A stretch of 64,000 bases of DNA from Chrysomallon squamiferum. Its lineage: Eukaryota > Animalia > Mollusca. The notes beneath the pieces were generated by a model. It saw only the letters and a program-made list of their open reading frames with translations. It did not search any database and was not told where the DNA came from. Within the stretch, counting starts at the first letter, position 1. Each line of letters opens with the position of its first letter. Shown here in pieces: positions 27,709-42,297 of the stretch. The stretch is from the NCBI GenBank assembly GCA_012295275.1, contig CM022669.1:6324001-6388000 (forward strand), given 5' to 3'. A program made the translations under genes and the position numbers.

Positions 27709-30700
27709 AATCAAAGGAACTACGTTAAGAAATGTACAAATATGCACAAATGTTCAAAGATAACTGTCTTGGGCAGAATCTAGAGTGATATGTCTGAGAG
27801 AGTTTTTATGCTAGTAATGTTAGAAATGAAAGCATTTAGAAAATCTGTTAAGGAGAATAGAAAATGTAGAGATCGGTAACCGAATAAAATCTAGGCATCT
27901 ACCATTCTTAAACTTTAATAACAATATTTAACCAAAGAGCTTCTGATATGTACTTACTTACTTACTTTATTTACTTTTATTACGTATTTATTTATTTATT
28001 TATTTTACATTTTTTTAAAAATGGCCGATTTCAGCTAATCTGACCAAACATTCATTCCCCATAAAAAAAATTAAAAAAAAAAATTAAAAAAATGTAACAC
28101 CACGTAGGAAAAGACCTAACCTTTTTTTTATCATCGCGGTCTTTGATCAAGGTAAATCTGTTAGTTTTTATCTGGTCGACTTATCGCCTGGCCCGGGAGT
28201 GGGGAATACTGCAACACGTTGCTTTTGATAAGAATTTGAAAATTTCTCACTTCTGCTCTACGCACGTGCAGTTTCGTGATAACGATGCCGGGACGCTGTG
28301 TCGTCTGCTGTCTAAGGAAGTGCAACTCTTATCGTTTCGTTGTGCGAGTGTTTTAACGTAGGCTGCGAGATGTTTTATAATTTTTATTTGTGCTCAGTCA
28401 TAAAAGGGAAATGGGCATGACTAGGTCGTCTGCCTGGTTTTAGTGTGCATTATTAGTGCAATTTCTTTTCTTTTTCAATGTGTTGGGTTGCATTTTGCAT
28501 TTTATCATTTTATTTTATTTCAGTTGTCTGTTTTGTTTTGTTTTATTTTAATATGTTTTCATTTTAATTATTTATTTATTTATTTTTTATATATATATTT
28601 ATTTATTTATTTTTTATTTATATATATATTTATTTTTATTTTATTAACAAAGTGACTATATATATGTGCTAAGGGAAACTAATCAATTTTCGAAACATAA
28701 CTCAGCAAAGATCAACTTTATTAAAAAACTTGAACGTGCAGAAGATATGGGAACATTCAAAATTACAAATAAACACAGTCAAAACCACATAAACACACAT
28801 ATACATGCTTAGATACGTTTTTAATTGTATGACAAAATTCGTATATATAAACATATATGTATCTATTTACTTGTATATATATACATACATTCATACATAT
28901 ATGCATACATGCTGCTACAGACACTAATTCGTAGATATAATTATGATGTTCATCGTGTCTGTACATACTTTCAAATTGATTTCGAATAATAACTTCTTTC
29001 AAAACGCCAACACATTCATCCGTCTTTTTAACACTTTCACAGCCAAATAGCTTTTCTATTCAACACCTGCCTTTATTTCATAACGCCCATTTTCCGTACG
29101 AGAAATTTTCAATAGGTTTAATTCTTGAGTTTACTCACAACCCATAAGTCCCCACTTCGGTCAACGGGTTTTATTTGAAGTTAATTTCTCTGCTCGCAAG
29201 CTTTGATCTAAGAAATTTGTTTAATTTTATAGTAGCAATAACTCAACGATGAAACGAGCTGAGATATCGCATAGAATCCGTCCTTGTTTGTTCACACAAA
29301 CGTCTGAGAATGGAAGAGAGTGTGCGATCAAAACAAAATAAAAGATATGAAAGTTTTACATTCTAATCCCAGATACTATCCCGTAACTACGATTATAATT
29401 CTATCGGGGTAACGTACCCTTGGCGCGCTTTCTGTCAGGTTTCTGTTTTTTATGTGCCGTTGCCATGGAGTCGCGCGAAATGGTTTTGAAATAACTATCA
29501 AAATGGCAGAACCGGACGGTGACCCGACTGACAGTTGCTTGCGAGTTATTGCTTGTTCGTAAAATTTAATAAACGTTTTTTCTTTTCTTTATTTTATTTA
29601 ATTTTATTTAATTATAATTTTTCTTCTTTTCTTGAAAGTATATATTATATACGAATTATCAAAGACGAGATTATCGTAACTGTTCAAGTTGTCTCCGGTT
29701 ACGTAATATAAAGCTTATAAATGTCACCCAGATGAATACGCATTGTTAATGATTTGAGGCGTACCGGGTGACTTCAATAAAATTTAAATTTGCCACTGAA
29801 AGTTATACATGCATGATTACATAATTACAGATTAATACGTATGTAATTATAAGCGTGTATAAATGCAGGTGTTACTCAGAGGCAGGTGTACAGGCATACC
29901 AATGTGTGGTATTACAGTGATAATGTTGTATCTATATTCATACGTAGCCCTTTACATATGTAAGTCCATGCTTACAAACACACACACACACATACACACA
30001 GAGAGACACACAAACACACACAAATATACACACTAAAGCACAAGCAGACATTCACGTACATACATATACATGAACGTTTGTAATACATAAGTGTTGTCGT
30101 TTACTGTTGGTATAATTACTATAACTACTGTTTTGCTGTTATCACCACTACTACTACTACTACTTCTGCTGTTATTATTACAACTACGAATATCGCTAGT
30201 ATTAATACCACAAGTAATAATACTCTCGTACAATTACTAATGATATAAAATCAATAACATAAACAAAAACAACAACAACAACAACAAGAAGAAGAAATTT
30301 TCTTCATTAAATTCTAAATTCACGTCGTCCATCTTCAAGATTTTGAGACAGTTTTTAAAAAAAAGAGATGAACTATATATTTAAAAAAAAAAAAAAAAAA
30401 AAAACGTATCAACTGAAATACAGCTACAATTACGTTCCTATCTTTAATTTACGTCTGAATTCAGTAATAAAATAGCTAAATGAAAACAAAAACTTTCTGC
30501 AGGTGTCCTGGCACTTATACGATCTTCGAAATGAAATGTTTCTCTCGAAAAACGAGACCAAATGACGTCCGATAAACTCATTTTACCCGGACGAAATCTA
30601 ACAATAAATTCCACAGGTGTTCTATTGTAAATGTAGATTTGTATATTTGTACCTTCGCTGTCGAATATTAGCTATTATCCGAAGACGTATGACACGACGT

Positions 30701-31230
30701 TTCAAAAGTAAAACTGAATTATTTCGTTGAATGGTGACGAAGGGAAAAAAAAAAACACGAAGTAATGAGAGTGCGTTCAGTAATACGAATAACGAAGCAG
30801 GTGCGGTTTAAATTGCATGTTTTTAATGGTATTCATTTGTTCAGTTATTTATTTAATGGATTATATTTTTATTTATTATCTTGTTCGTTTATTTATTACT
30901 GAAAAAAAAAAAATATATGAGAGATTTTATTTTTGAAATATTTTTTTTTCCTCTGTCGTTTTCTCAGTGTTTTTTTTTTTTTTTTTTTTATATCTCTTCT
31001 TTCTTCTTTCTGTCATTCTGACTACTTTTTATCTCATTCTCTCAAATATGCAGTTTGTCTTCGGTTTGTTTCTTTTTCACTCGTTCATATCCTCACTGGT
31101 TTTCTTTCTCTCTCTCTCACACACCGCTCTGTTTCACTATTTCTCTTTCTTTTTTTTTTCTTATTTTCTCTCACTTTTTTATTTCTTTCTATTTATTCTC
31201 TCTCTTTTTCTGTCTCTTTTCCCCATTTCT

Positions 31231-31273
<43 letters not shown>

Positions 31274-31713
31274 TCTTTTTTTTTCTCTCTCTCTCTCTCT
31301 CTTTATGACTCTCCTTCACTTGATCTCTTTTATTTTCTGTCACTCTCGATTCAATGAGCTCTCCTCGCAGTTTCCACGCGGGCTTTCAATTGCCCTCCCC
31401 TCGCTGGTCTAAAACCCGCTTTCCCCCTTCAGGCCACCTCTGAAATTTTGTTCTCGTTGATTAGTTCCACAGAACGCACTGTATTATTTCTGTAATTTGC
31501 CGGTATTTTCTCCAGATTTTTTTGCTTACATTATACGCAGGTGCAGCCCAAATCTGACACTGTACAGCTGCTGTTTTTCTCGCTGCTTGTTTATTTGTTA
31601 TAGAACAAACAATAAATATGCGTAATACTCGCCGAGACTCGGCAATTTACGCCAGCTGGCTGTTTGCACTGAACCGTAATTGTTCTGGGAAACGTTGACC
31701 GATTACGTGGTTC

Positions 31714-31965
31714 GTAACCGCGTCGACATGCTTTTGTGTAAAACGTATCGGATTTATGTAAACATTATTCGTAATTATGTGGAACGTAATTCGTAATAGC
31801 GTCGACATTGTTTTTTGTGTAAAACGCCTCAGATTTATGTAAAAATAGTCGTAATTACGTCGACGTGCTTTGTGTAAACCGTATCATACGTTTTGTGTAA
31901 AACGTATCATATTTATGTAAAAAGTATTTATAATCATGTCGACATGTTTTGTGTAAAAATATAAG
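31714..31965. repeat. degenerate ~58-79 bp tandem repeat, 4 units (GTCGAC..TTTTGTGTAAAACG..GATTTATGTAAA)
   Basis: GTCGAC at 31722, 31801, 31859 and 31938, each followed by a TTTGTGTAAA block. Confidence 0.85.
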
Positions 31966-32980
31966 ATTTAATGATAAAACCTACTTTTTTTTTAAATCTT
32001 AGTTTTGTTGTTGTTTTGTTCTGTTTATTTGTTGTTTGCTTGTTCTTTTTATTTATTATTTTTTTTCTTTGTGGTGATATTTTTCTCATTGCTTTGCAAA
32101 AATAAAAATTTAATACAACCCACAGCATGTTCTACAAATCACGGTGTCTCATGAAATATGTCATCACATTTGTCATCGCGATATTAAAAAAAAAAAAAAT
32201 ATTTTTTTTTTTTACAAATACGTGAGGGGAAATGAGCTGTCGCTTAGCCAAGGGTAATTAATCAGTAAATAAATTAAGTGTAAATAAGAACATAACGCAT
32301 CATTCACTGGAATAAAAATCATCGACAAAAACCGAGAAAAAAAATGACATTGTCAGACCGCGCAGACACAAACGTAATAATTCAATAGATTGGTTATAAT
32401 CAAACTGTCGTTATAATGCGAGCAGTCAAACGGGTTCAGTCTAGTTAGAAAGACATTAAGCGCGTCTCTCTAAAGAGCATTAGTTGAACGCGAAAGGCAA
32501 GACTGGAAAATATTATTCTAAACGCATCACTGTATTTGAATCAGGACTCGAAATGATATCACTTAAAATCGCATTTTCCAAGAATTCCCAACGAACTTCT
32601 TTGTATGCGCGCAGCGTCATATTAACTGGTTGTGTGAAACGGAAAATGTGCGTCATGGCGACCGCATTATTCAAGCGCTACTGTTCCATTTATTGTTATT
32701 ATAGTTAAGATGAAAGGGGGTAAAAAAAAATAATAATATCGTTTTTGATATCGTTTGTGTTAAATTGCGATATTTTCTCTTTAAAATGTATTTTTAATCT
32801 TCTTTTTCTGAGATGAAAACGAAATTATCGAGAAAAGGGTTTACAAAAGACGAAAAGAAATTGAAAAAGAGTCGAAGGTGTCACAAAATTGAAATGTTTT
32901 AAAAACGTATGGAACACATTCAGTAAAATCTGCATGTTGTAAGAGTTAAATTTGTATGATTATCTCTTTTTAAGACACAC

Positions 32981-33061
32981 TGCATCAATACTTTGTGAAG
33001 AGCAGCGAAAGATAGAGTGCATCAATACGCTTTTTTGTGAAGAGCAGCGAAAGATAGAGTG
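32981..33061. repeat. local tandem duplication, ~40 bp (TGCATCAATAC..TTTGTGAAGAGCAGCGAAAGATAGAGTG x2)
   Basis: Two near-identical adjacent copies. Confidence 0.85.
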
Positions 33062-33098
33062 AATTTAATACACTTTTACAGGCTGATATATACTGGAG

Positions 33099-33157
<59 letters not shown>

Positions 33158-33192
33158 AACATTTTTACAGATATACTGGTATATACATGAAA

Positions 33193-33285
33193 GCATCCAC
33201 ACGGAATCGAACCTTGAATCTACCATACACCGTCATGAAGTGAGGAGTGTATAAGGGGCCTGGCCTACCGCGCTAAAAGAATGTC
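33193..33285 (-). pseudogene. tRNA-like / Pol III (A box + B box) remnant or SINE head
   Basis: Minus-strand A box TAGCGCGGTAGG (33264-33275) and B box GGTTCGATTCC (33203-33213). Confidence 0.45.
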
Positions 33286-33494
33286 TGTGATTGGTTATTC
33301 AATTACAGCACGCGATGTCGAGCTATTTCCCGTGTGCACGGACAAAAAGTGCACCACGGCTGAAATTAGTGATAATGAGCAGCACCTGTGTATGTGTTTA
33401 CTGGGTTTTTTTAATGTCACCGCGCCTTTTTGTAATGACAAAGCTTTTATTTTCAAATTACTCCCCGTGCCGTTTGTCGATCATTACTGACTGA

Positions 33495-33535
<41 letters not shown>

Positions 33536-33718
33536 AAAATAAAAACAAATAAAACATCTGTTTGCACCGGAATCTGTAGTTAATCATGCTATCGTTACAC
33601 ATAAACAGTGAAATAGATTGATTGAGAGATGGAAGATTAATGAATGAATGAGTGAGTGAACGAATGACTGAACGATGAACAGAAGGGATAGTCAGACCAA
33701 AAGAATGTAAGAGATAAG

Positions 33719-33788
<70 letters not shown>

Positions 33789-34296
33789 GAAACTAGAAAT
33801 AGTAAAGGAAAGAGGAAGGATAGAGAGAAAGAAAAGAGAGAGGAGAAGAGATTAAAAAAATCAAGAGTTAAAGAGAATAAATGAAAGAAAGGGGAAGAAA
33901 GACAGAGTGAGAGAAAGAGACAATGAGAAAAAGAAAAATCTAAGCACAGAACAAAGAGCCAAAAAAAAAAAAAAAATAATAAGAGAATTAAAATAAGATA
34001 GAGAGAGAGAAAGAGAGAAAAATGAGCAATGAGAGAGACAGAAAAAAAAAAGTGAGTACAAAACATAAATCTTTGATTATTAAATTCAGATTTAATGCTT
34101 ATTTTATGTAACATTTTCAAAACCAGGCTCTCTGTATTTATTTAATTTGCATAATGGCTCACGTCCGAAATTCTGAATTCCTTTGAAGTAAAATTGCTTC
34201 CTTTTAGTTCCTTCTCTTTTTTTCACAGCATGATTGACTCGATATGCTTTCTGCATCGCATCAAATAATTTCTGATCATAATCTTTATTATGAATC

Positions 34297-34339
<43 letters not shown>

Positions 34340-35696
34340 AGATCATTACAGCAAATCGCCAAGTATTGTTATTTAAGCATCACTTTTCAAAATATAAAAA
34401 TTGATTCTTCATTCCCGCTTATTAAAAATGGCTCCACTCACGCGAAAGTTTTCTGACAGCTTAAAATCCTCTGTTAGACACAAAAAAAAAAAAAAAAAAA
34501 AAAAATCTATAAAATTTATCGTTTTACTTCAACCATTAGGCATTAATCCGCTAGAAAAAGTTCCGTTCTGCTAAGTGCTCGAGAGTGCCGCGAGAGGAAC
34601 CATTGGCCATCATTCAAACCGCGAATTAGCGCGTGCTACCGTGTCCGTTTTCGATCAATGACGCGCGTTTCGTTATTATGTGCAACTGTCATTGATCATT
34701 AGCTAATATTGAACGTTCCATTTGAACGCCGAAATTTGACAGTCGTCATCACACACAAGAGCATGAACCAGGCTGATTAGGTTTCTCTAGCGCCACTCTG
34801 AATTACAAAGTAGTCCGGCGATATCGTAGAGCACAGAAAATCAGGGGAAATCGTGATTTTCCCCAGAAAAAAAAAAAAAAAAAACATAAATCGCGAGTAA
34901 AAATTCCACTATAGATTTTTTCGTACGCAGGACGGACTTAAAAGTTTTAACTGCACGAGTTTTGTTGATACCACGCGTTAACTGAATCGACTTCACGAGA
35001 TGGATTTTGTAAAATAGTTTTTGTTAATAGATTTGATTTTTACTACGTGCTGCTTTCTTCTGAATTATTATTATTATTATTATTTTTTTTTTTTTTTTTT
35101 ACTAGATTGTGTATTACAGCTGTATTTTAAAAATAATAAAAATAAAAAAAAAATTAATAATAATCGTTCCAAATCTGGTTCCTGAAACTGCTATCTCTCT
35201 CTCGTCAAAATACATTTGCTGATTATTCGTCTGAGTGATTTCCTCCATTAGGAAGGAGCACCATACTCTAGTGAGGGTCAAAGGTGAAGCAAAGAAGAGC
35301 TCGAAAAGAACGTAACAAGAAATGAGGACAAAAATAAAAATAAAAAATGATATCACTATGGAAACAGCAAGATTTTTTTATTTTTTTATTTTTATTTTTT
35401 TGTGAAATAAATAAATAAATAAAAAGATCTTGGTGAATGATTTCTGTAAATTAAGTCAAAAAGAAAAAGCTATTTAAAAAAGTGTAAGTGTGTGTGTGGT
35501 TTGAGAGAGAGAGAGATATAGTGAAAGATGATAATGATGATGATGATGATGATGATAAAAAAAATATAATAATTTGACTTAATAAAAGGAAATAAATAAT
35601 GTGACACATAACAGCTGTGAGTTATTTTTGTTTTTATTATTACTGAAATAAGAAAAGAAATTCATGGTTACCTCTAGCAGATTAGCAGCGAAATTT

Positions 35697-35743
<47 letters not shown>

Positions 35744-37617
35744 TTTCGGTATATAAAATATACATACATACTTAATAATACACTGTGAAATAAACACCAG
35801 TGCCTTTGACAAACCAAAGAGCACTTTCTTGAATGGAAAAAAACGTTATTAGTGAACCAAGCTAAAGCGAACACTATTACCGTACTTGAGCCCGCTGTCA
35901 ATGTTTATCTCAGAAAACACAACATCGTTGAAGAATTGTTCCATTCACCCATTACCGTTCATCAACATGCTCAGTCACAAAGCTTCAGTGAAGTCTGAGA
36001 GTTGCTAAGGGAAAATGTTCTTCTGTTTAATCGGATAGGGAGATCTAAGACGACAGAACTCATAATGGTTTTGTAATCCGGTACAAACACGATTATGAAA
36101 ATAATCATTTTAAATACAGCTTTCTCTTGTTGATGTGACTAAATTAAGAAGATTAGTGTGTCATTTTAGAGATTTATATATATAAAAAAAATAAAAAATA
36201 AAATAAAAAAAAAAAAAAATAATAATAAAAACGAGTTCATTTGTGTCAATTTTGACAATCTTTTTTGAGATCATTTTAAATTTAAATAACAAGGAAAAGA
36301 GAAAAAAGCTATACTGTGGTTATTTAACTGAAAGTTTCTTTACTCTAACTTTTTTTTCTAACTTTCATTCAATCATTTACTCATCCATTTTCTAATCCAT
36401 TCGTACATTCTTTCATTCTTCGTTTTTTCATTCTTTTTTCTGCTATATCAATCCCTACGTCTTTCTTTCTTTTATTACGTCATCATTTTTTTTTTCTCTC
36501 GTTACTCTTCAAACCTTCCCTCCCAGTGTCGGATCTGTCTGTCTGTTTGTCTGTCTACATGAACGTCTGTCAGGTCGTAAAAAAAACACAAACATTTTAC
36601 ATCACAATCATACACACACTAACCCACCTCGTAAACTCCCCACCCCACCCATAACATTCCCAACCCCCACGTCATAACATTCCCCATCACACCGTATCAA
36701 TCTCAATTCGTTTGACAATCACATAACAAATTGTCAGTCTCTCTCTCTCTCTCTGTGTCTCTTGCACAAAAAAAAAAACGTTTTTGCATAATAACAACGA
36801 GGTGCCCACAAAAAACCAGACAGTAACTCCACCCAACATTACGCCCTCCACCGCCCTCACACCCCCCCTCCCGCCCACGAGATTTCACATGGCCGTCTCG
36901 GTTTCGCGGTGCAGTCGTGTATAACTTTCAAAAAAGGAATTCGTCTTTTAATTGCGTGGCTCTGCCTTTATTTATTGTCTCGTAATCTTCCGTAAACGGT
37001 AAATCAGTCGCTTTTTTTTTTTTTTTTTTTTAAACAAAACTTTTAATAAGACGGCACTGCCCGGGTCGGGGACGGTTTTAACCCTACCCGCGTAAATAAA
37101 GCGCTGACTAGGCAAGCAAGTTAAAACCAGGCACTGTGTTTTTATGAAGAAGATACGTCGAGGAAAGCAATTACAAAGGAAATGATGTATGGCGAAACGA
37201 GAGAGAGTGGGCAGCCTTGTGTAATTATCTTCTTGTTTTTTTGTTGTTTTTTTTTGTTTTGTTTGTTTGTTAGTGAGACTTACACCTTGTCGTAAGTTTT
37301 AATTCAGTTTGATGGCATAGTCCTGATTTATTAGTAGTGCATGTATGTGTGTACAGGTATGGATGGCTGTACAGGTATGTATACCGTTTCTGTATGTATT
37401 TGGATTTAGGTATGAATATATTAGGTCTGGTTAGACTCTGCACAAAGACAATATTAGGGAATGCACTGGCGCATGAGGACAAAGTACAATCACGACAAAC
37501 CACACAAACCTGTCAGATGCCAGTGACGAGACTCGAACATATGACACGTATTAGCCCATGTATGTCTGTGTATGTATGCATTTTAGCATAAGAATATTCT
37601 CTGGTTTTTTGTACGTC

Positions 37618-37976
<359 letters not shown>

Positions 37977-38533
37977 GTATTTCCTTTCTCTTTCTTTTTC
38001 TTCCTTTACCCCATGCCTCTGTGTGTTTTTCGATTCTTTTCCTATTAAAAAAAAACGACAACGTGTAAATAACTGCTAGATCCACGTATCACATAGACAC
38101 ACAGCTATTTGTAGAGAATAGCGATCTGTTATTCATATGCGTTCAGTTACCACAGACTGATTTATTCACGACAGTCTAAATGAGAGAACCACGTTATTCC
38201 TCTCCGTGTATACCTTTGACGTATTCATTATTGCTGGTAGCTTTTTTTTCATTTTCCTTAAACGTGTTTACAGATTCACTAAACGAAATTACTTTTCTCT
38301 TTTTTTCTCTGCCTAGGAGAACAATGGATAAAAGGTTCATCTATTCTCAATTGTTTTTTCTTTTCTTTTTTTCCTTGATTTATTATTTTTTTTTTTTTTT
38401 TTTCACCTGTTGTAATGTTGTTTCGTTTCATTTTTATATATGTGTATATGTATCTAGGAATGAACATTCTATTGTCTTTTGTACGACAGTTGAAACTCTG
38501 GCTATATTTGGACAAGCTCTGACTGAAGGAAAA

Positions 38534-38582
<49 letters not shown>

Positions 38583-38682
38583 ACAAAATTCAATCAAAAT
38601 GATTAAATTTTATGAAATTGAATTTTCATTAAATTTATTATCCTTTATTTTTACTACTTACTATTATTATTACTACTACTGC

Positions 38683-38743
<61 letters not shown>

Positions 38744-39255
38744 AAGCATTATAAAAAAAAAAAGCAGGTTATATTGATAATTCTATTTAATCAACTTTTA
38801 TATTTCATAATGGACACATATTAATACATTTACACACATATATACCAAACACACATAAACACAAAAATACCCATACAAATCTAACCATTTCATCTGGGGA
38901 TTTTTTTTTTTTTTTTTTTTTAAATTTGTTTTATTTTATTTTTGTTCGATCCTAGTCACTATAAGAGATCTTTCCACAAACAAATCAGCAATATCTGACG
39001 GCTGATGACTAAGCTTCAATCAATAACTTTTTCCTTTTTTTTTCAAACAAATGATATATTTGTCATTAATGACCGCAGAAGCATCTTAATGTATCTGTTA
39101 ATGTTTGTGTGTGTTTTCGACGAGTGCTTGTCGATTTTGGAAAACTAAGAGAGATTATTTATGTCTTCGTTGGCTTTGCCGGTTTAAATAGATTTCATCC
39201 GAAGAGGTTCATTAATGTCTTGTGAAAGATACCGATCAATTTGTCTAAACGGAAT

Positions 39256-39330
39256 GGGCTGTAGTCTAATGGTCAGAACGCTCGATTGTGGAGAGTTGTG
39301 TCGTATAATTCAAATTTCTAGACAAGCTAC
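39256..39330 (+). pseudogene. decayed tRNA-like sequence or SINE head
   Basis: GGGCTGTAGTCTAATGGTCAGAACGCTCGATTGTGG has an A-box/D-arm-like 5' half; the B box is degenerate (AATTCAAATT). Confidence 0.35.
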
Positions 39331-40715
39331 TGAATTTGTTCCTGTTTTCAGTGTCTCTTACTACTATTATTACTACTACTACTTCTACAACTATTACTAC
39401 TGCTACTATTACTGTTGCTGTTGTTATTATTACTACCACTACTAGTTCTAAATTTACTACCAGTGCTGCTACTATCACTATATTTATTAATGCAGCTCTG
39501 TTGTCGTTACTATTACTGCTACTAATAATATTACTGTTACTACAACTATTACTGCTGTTATTACTACTACTTACTGTCATTACTTGCTACAACTGTTTCT
39601 ACTATTATTACTATTATTAATATTACTGCCATTACTACCACTATTACTGTTGCGATTAATGCTGATATAAAAATTGTTGCTCCTGTTACATTTTGTAATA
39701 TAACTATTATTACTACCACAATTAGTTAATAATCTGTTGTTCTTTGATCTGTATTTTAAATATATAATTATATTCAATTAACCATTTGTGTCTGCATATG
39801 TGTGTGTATGTGTGTGTGTGTGTGTGTGTGTCTTTGTACAGATATATGTATATATATATGCTTATAAACATAATTCCCTTATGTTTAAATATATATATAT
39901 AGTCTTAAAATGTTATTACTGCTTTGATAAATATAACACATTCAGTGCAGTCATGTTAAAAAAAAAAAAAAGTGTTCACTTAATTTCCAAAGTATAATGA
40001 GTACCAGTCTACGTGCATTTCGCATTCACTGGTAATGTTTCCCACGCTACAGCGGAACCCGCCAAGTAAACCAGTGCATGTTCACAATATGTTTAATACA
40101 TCCACTTTTTCACGGAACACCAGTTCTGGTCACGTGGGAGCGTCGGCTCGCCATGCGCGCGTGAACGATCCGGCCGAATCACGTGCAGGTGCTGCCCATA
40201 ATGATTTTGATAAAGATACACGCCATAAAAAAAAAAAATAATAATAAAATGGCCGAAGAAATTATCGTTGAATTAGGAATAGTGAATTAATGGGAGCATG
40301 AAAGTCCATTTTTCGTGGAAGCAAGGGTAAAAAAAAAAATGAAGATTTTGAAATAATGACGATATGGGTGATAATTTTATTTTTTTATAAAATGGATGAT
40401 GAAAATAGAATTAATGAAAAGAAAATGTTACTAAATGATAATCAATTACGTAATGTTGCATGAAAGGACGCTGGTGCCTTTAATTTTTTTTTTTTTTTTT
40501 TTATATTATTATTAAAAAAAAACCAACTACATTTATATTTTTAATCAGAATTAGATTAGGCAATCATATGGCTCAACTAGAGAGAAAGAAATTATATAGA
40601 TGATGTTGATGATGATGAATTTATAGTAAGACAGAAACTGAAGAATCAAAAGCAAAAAAAAGAAAGAAGGAAACTGATAACCCGAAAATATAGACAGATA
40701 AAGAGACAGTTAGCC

Positions 40716-40758
<43 letters not shown>

Positions 40759-42239
40759 TAGATAGCTAGATTAGATAGATAGACAGGTAAGCAAACGCGG
40801 ACAAACATACAGATTATATATTAGTGAATAGACGCATAGACTGATCGACAGAAAAACACACAGACAGACAAAGAGACGGAGACAAACAGCAACACTCATT
40901 AATACTAAAACCAAAATAACAGTAACGTCATTTATTCACTTTAACATTGACCACAAACTTATAATAATTAGAAAAGTTATTTTTCCATTAACATGTTAGA
41001 TACTGGGAATTCATCCCGCATCTTTCAGTTTTTGATCTAGATGGAAGAAGCTATTGATATTCAACCTCATTTCTTCCCAAGATACCAAAGTAATAATACC
41101 TCTTCACAGATTACCGTATAAGTTATTATTTTTTTTCCAAGTTATTAAACATTTATGATAAATGCATATTTACATCAAGGAGAAATATATTTGCCATGTG
41201 TGTTCAAATTCCCAAACCAGAAACACTCCAGACGTCGAAATAAAAATATGAAAAAAAAACTGACCGCGTTGAAACTTTATTTCAACTATCGATAATGACA
41301 TTTTCGCAGTCAATAAAACAAATATTTTTTCAGTTCACTGCAACAATATTTCTGCCAACGAGCTGTTCCCGCATGAATTCATAATGATCGTCAAGCGAAC
41401 GAACATTCACGTCTATAGAAAACTTCTCAAAGGGAAATAACAACTCGTGTTTGCTGTTTTTGCCTCTTACAGCAATTTTGGCGCGAAATTGCACCAGCGA
41501 TCAATATCTGGTTATGCAACTATGTCAACAAGGTTTTCGTTTCTGTTATTTTTTCCTTTTGTTCGAAAGATTTCCCACAACGTTTGTTTTGAATTTACGC
41601 TGCAATTTCCGCAAATTACGGTTATTTGGAGTGCTCTCCCTTGACCAAGAGAGAGGGGAAAAAAAGGAATTAAAATCGCCATAACAAACACCACAGAATA
41701 ATAATTTAGAAAAATAAAAATCGTTACAGCGTAAATGTTCTCTTTTGAAAAATCGTCGAGAAATCAAAACATTTTTATGCAATCAGCTCGCTTTGTTTTC
41801 GCTTTATCAATACATGAAAAGGAAAAATATCGCCATGAGGGCACGATAGTGTAGTAAATTCCTCCCTTGTACTCGACGCACTGTAATTGATATTGGCAGC
41901 ACACCAGTGTTATGTGGTGTGCATTTTGAAAGAAATTCATATCCCATGAATTTTTTTTTTTTTTTTTTTTTTATTGATTTTGTTGGTGGTTTTTTTGCCA
42001 ATAAAATAGCTGATTCTTTATTTTTTTGACCAATTTAATATGCCTCTAGGTTATTACTATAGTTCTTAATTAAAAACAAAAATAATAAAATATATATATA
42101 TATATTTTCGAAAAGTTTAATTTATTTATCCGAAAACATTTATTATTTTGATTTAATGACTCATTTTTATTAGTATTTTGTATCCCAAATAATAATAAAA
42201 CAACAACTGCTGCAACAACAACAACAACAACAACAACAA

Positions 42240-42297
<58 letters not shown>

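Noticed and set aside
39256-39330. Functional tRNA-His(GTG)
   Set aside because: T-arm/B box and acceptor stem are degenerate; at most a pseudogene or SINE head
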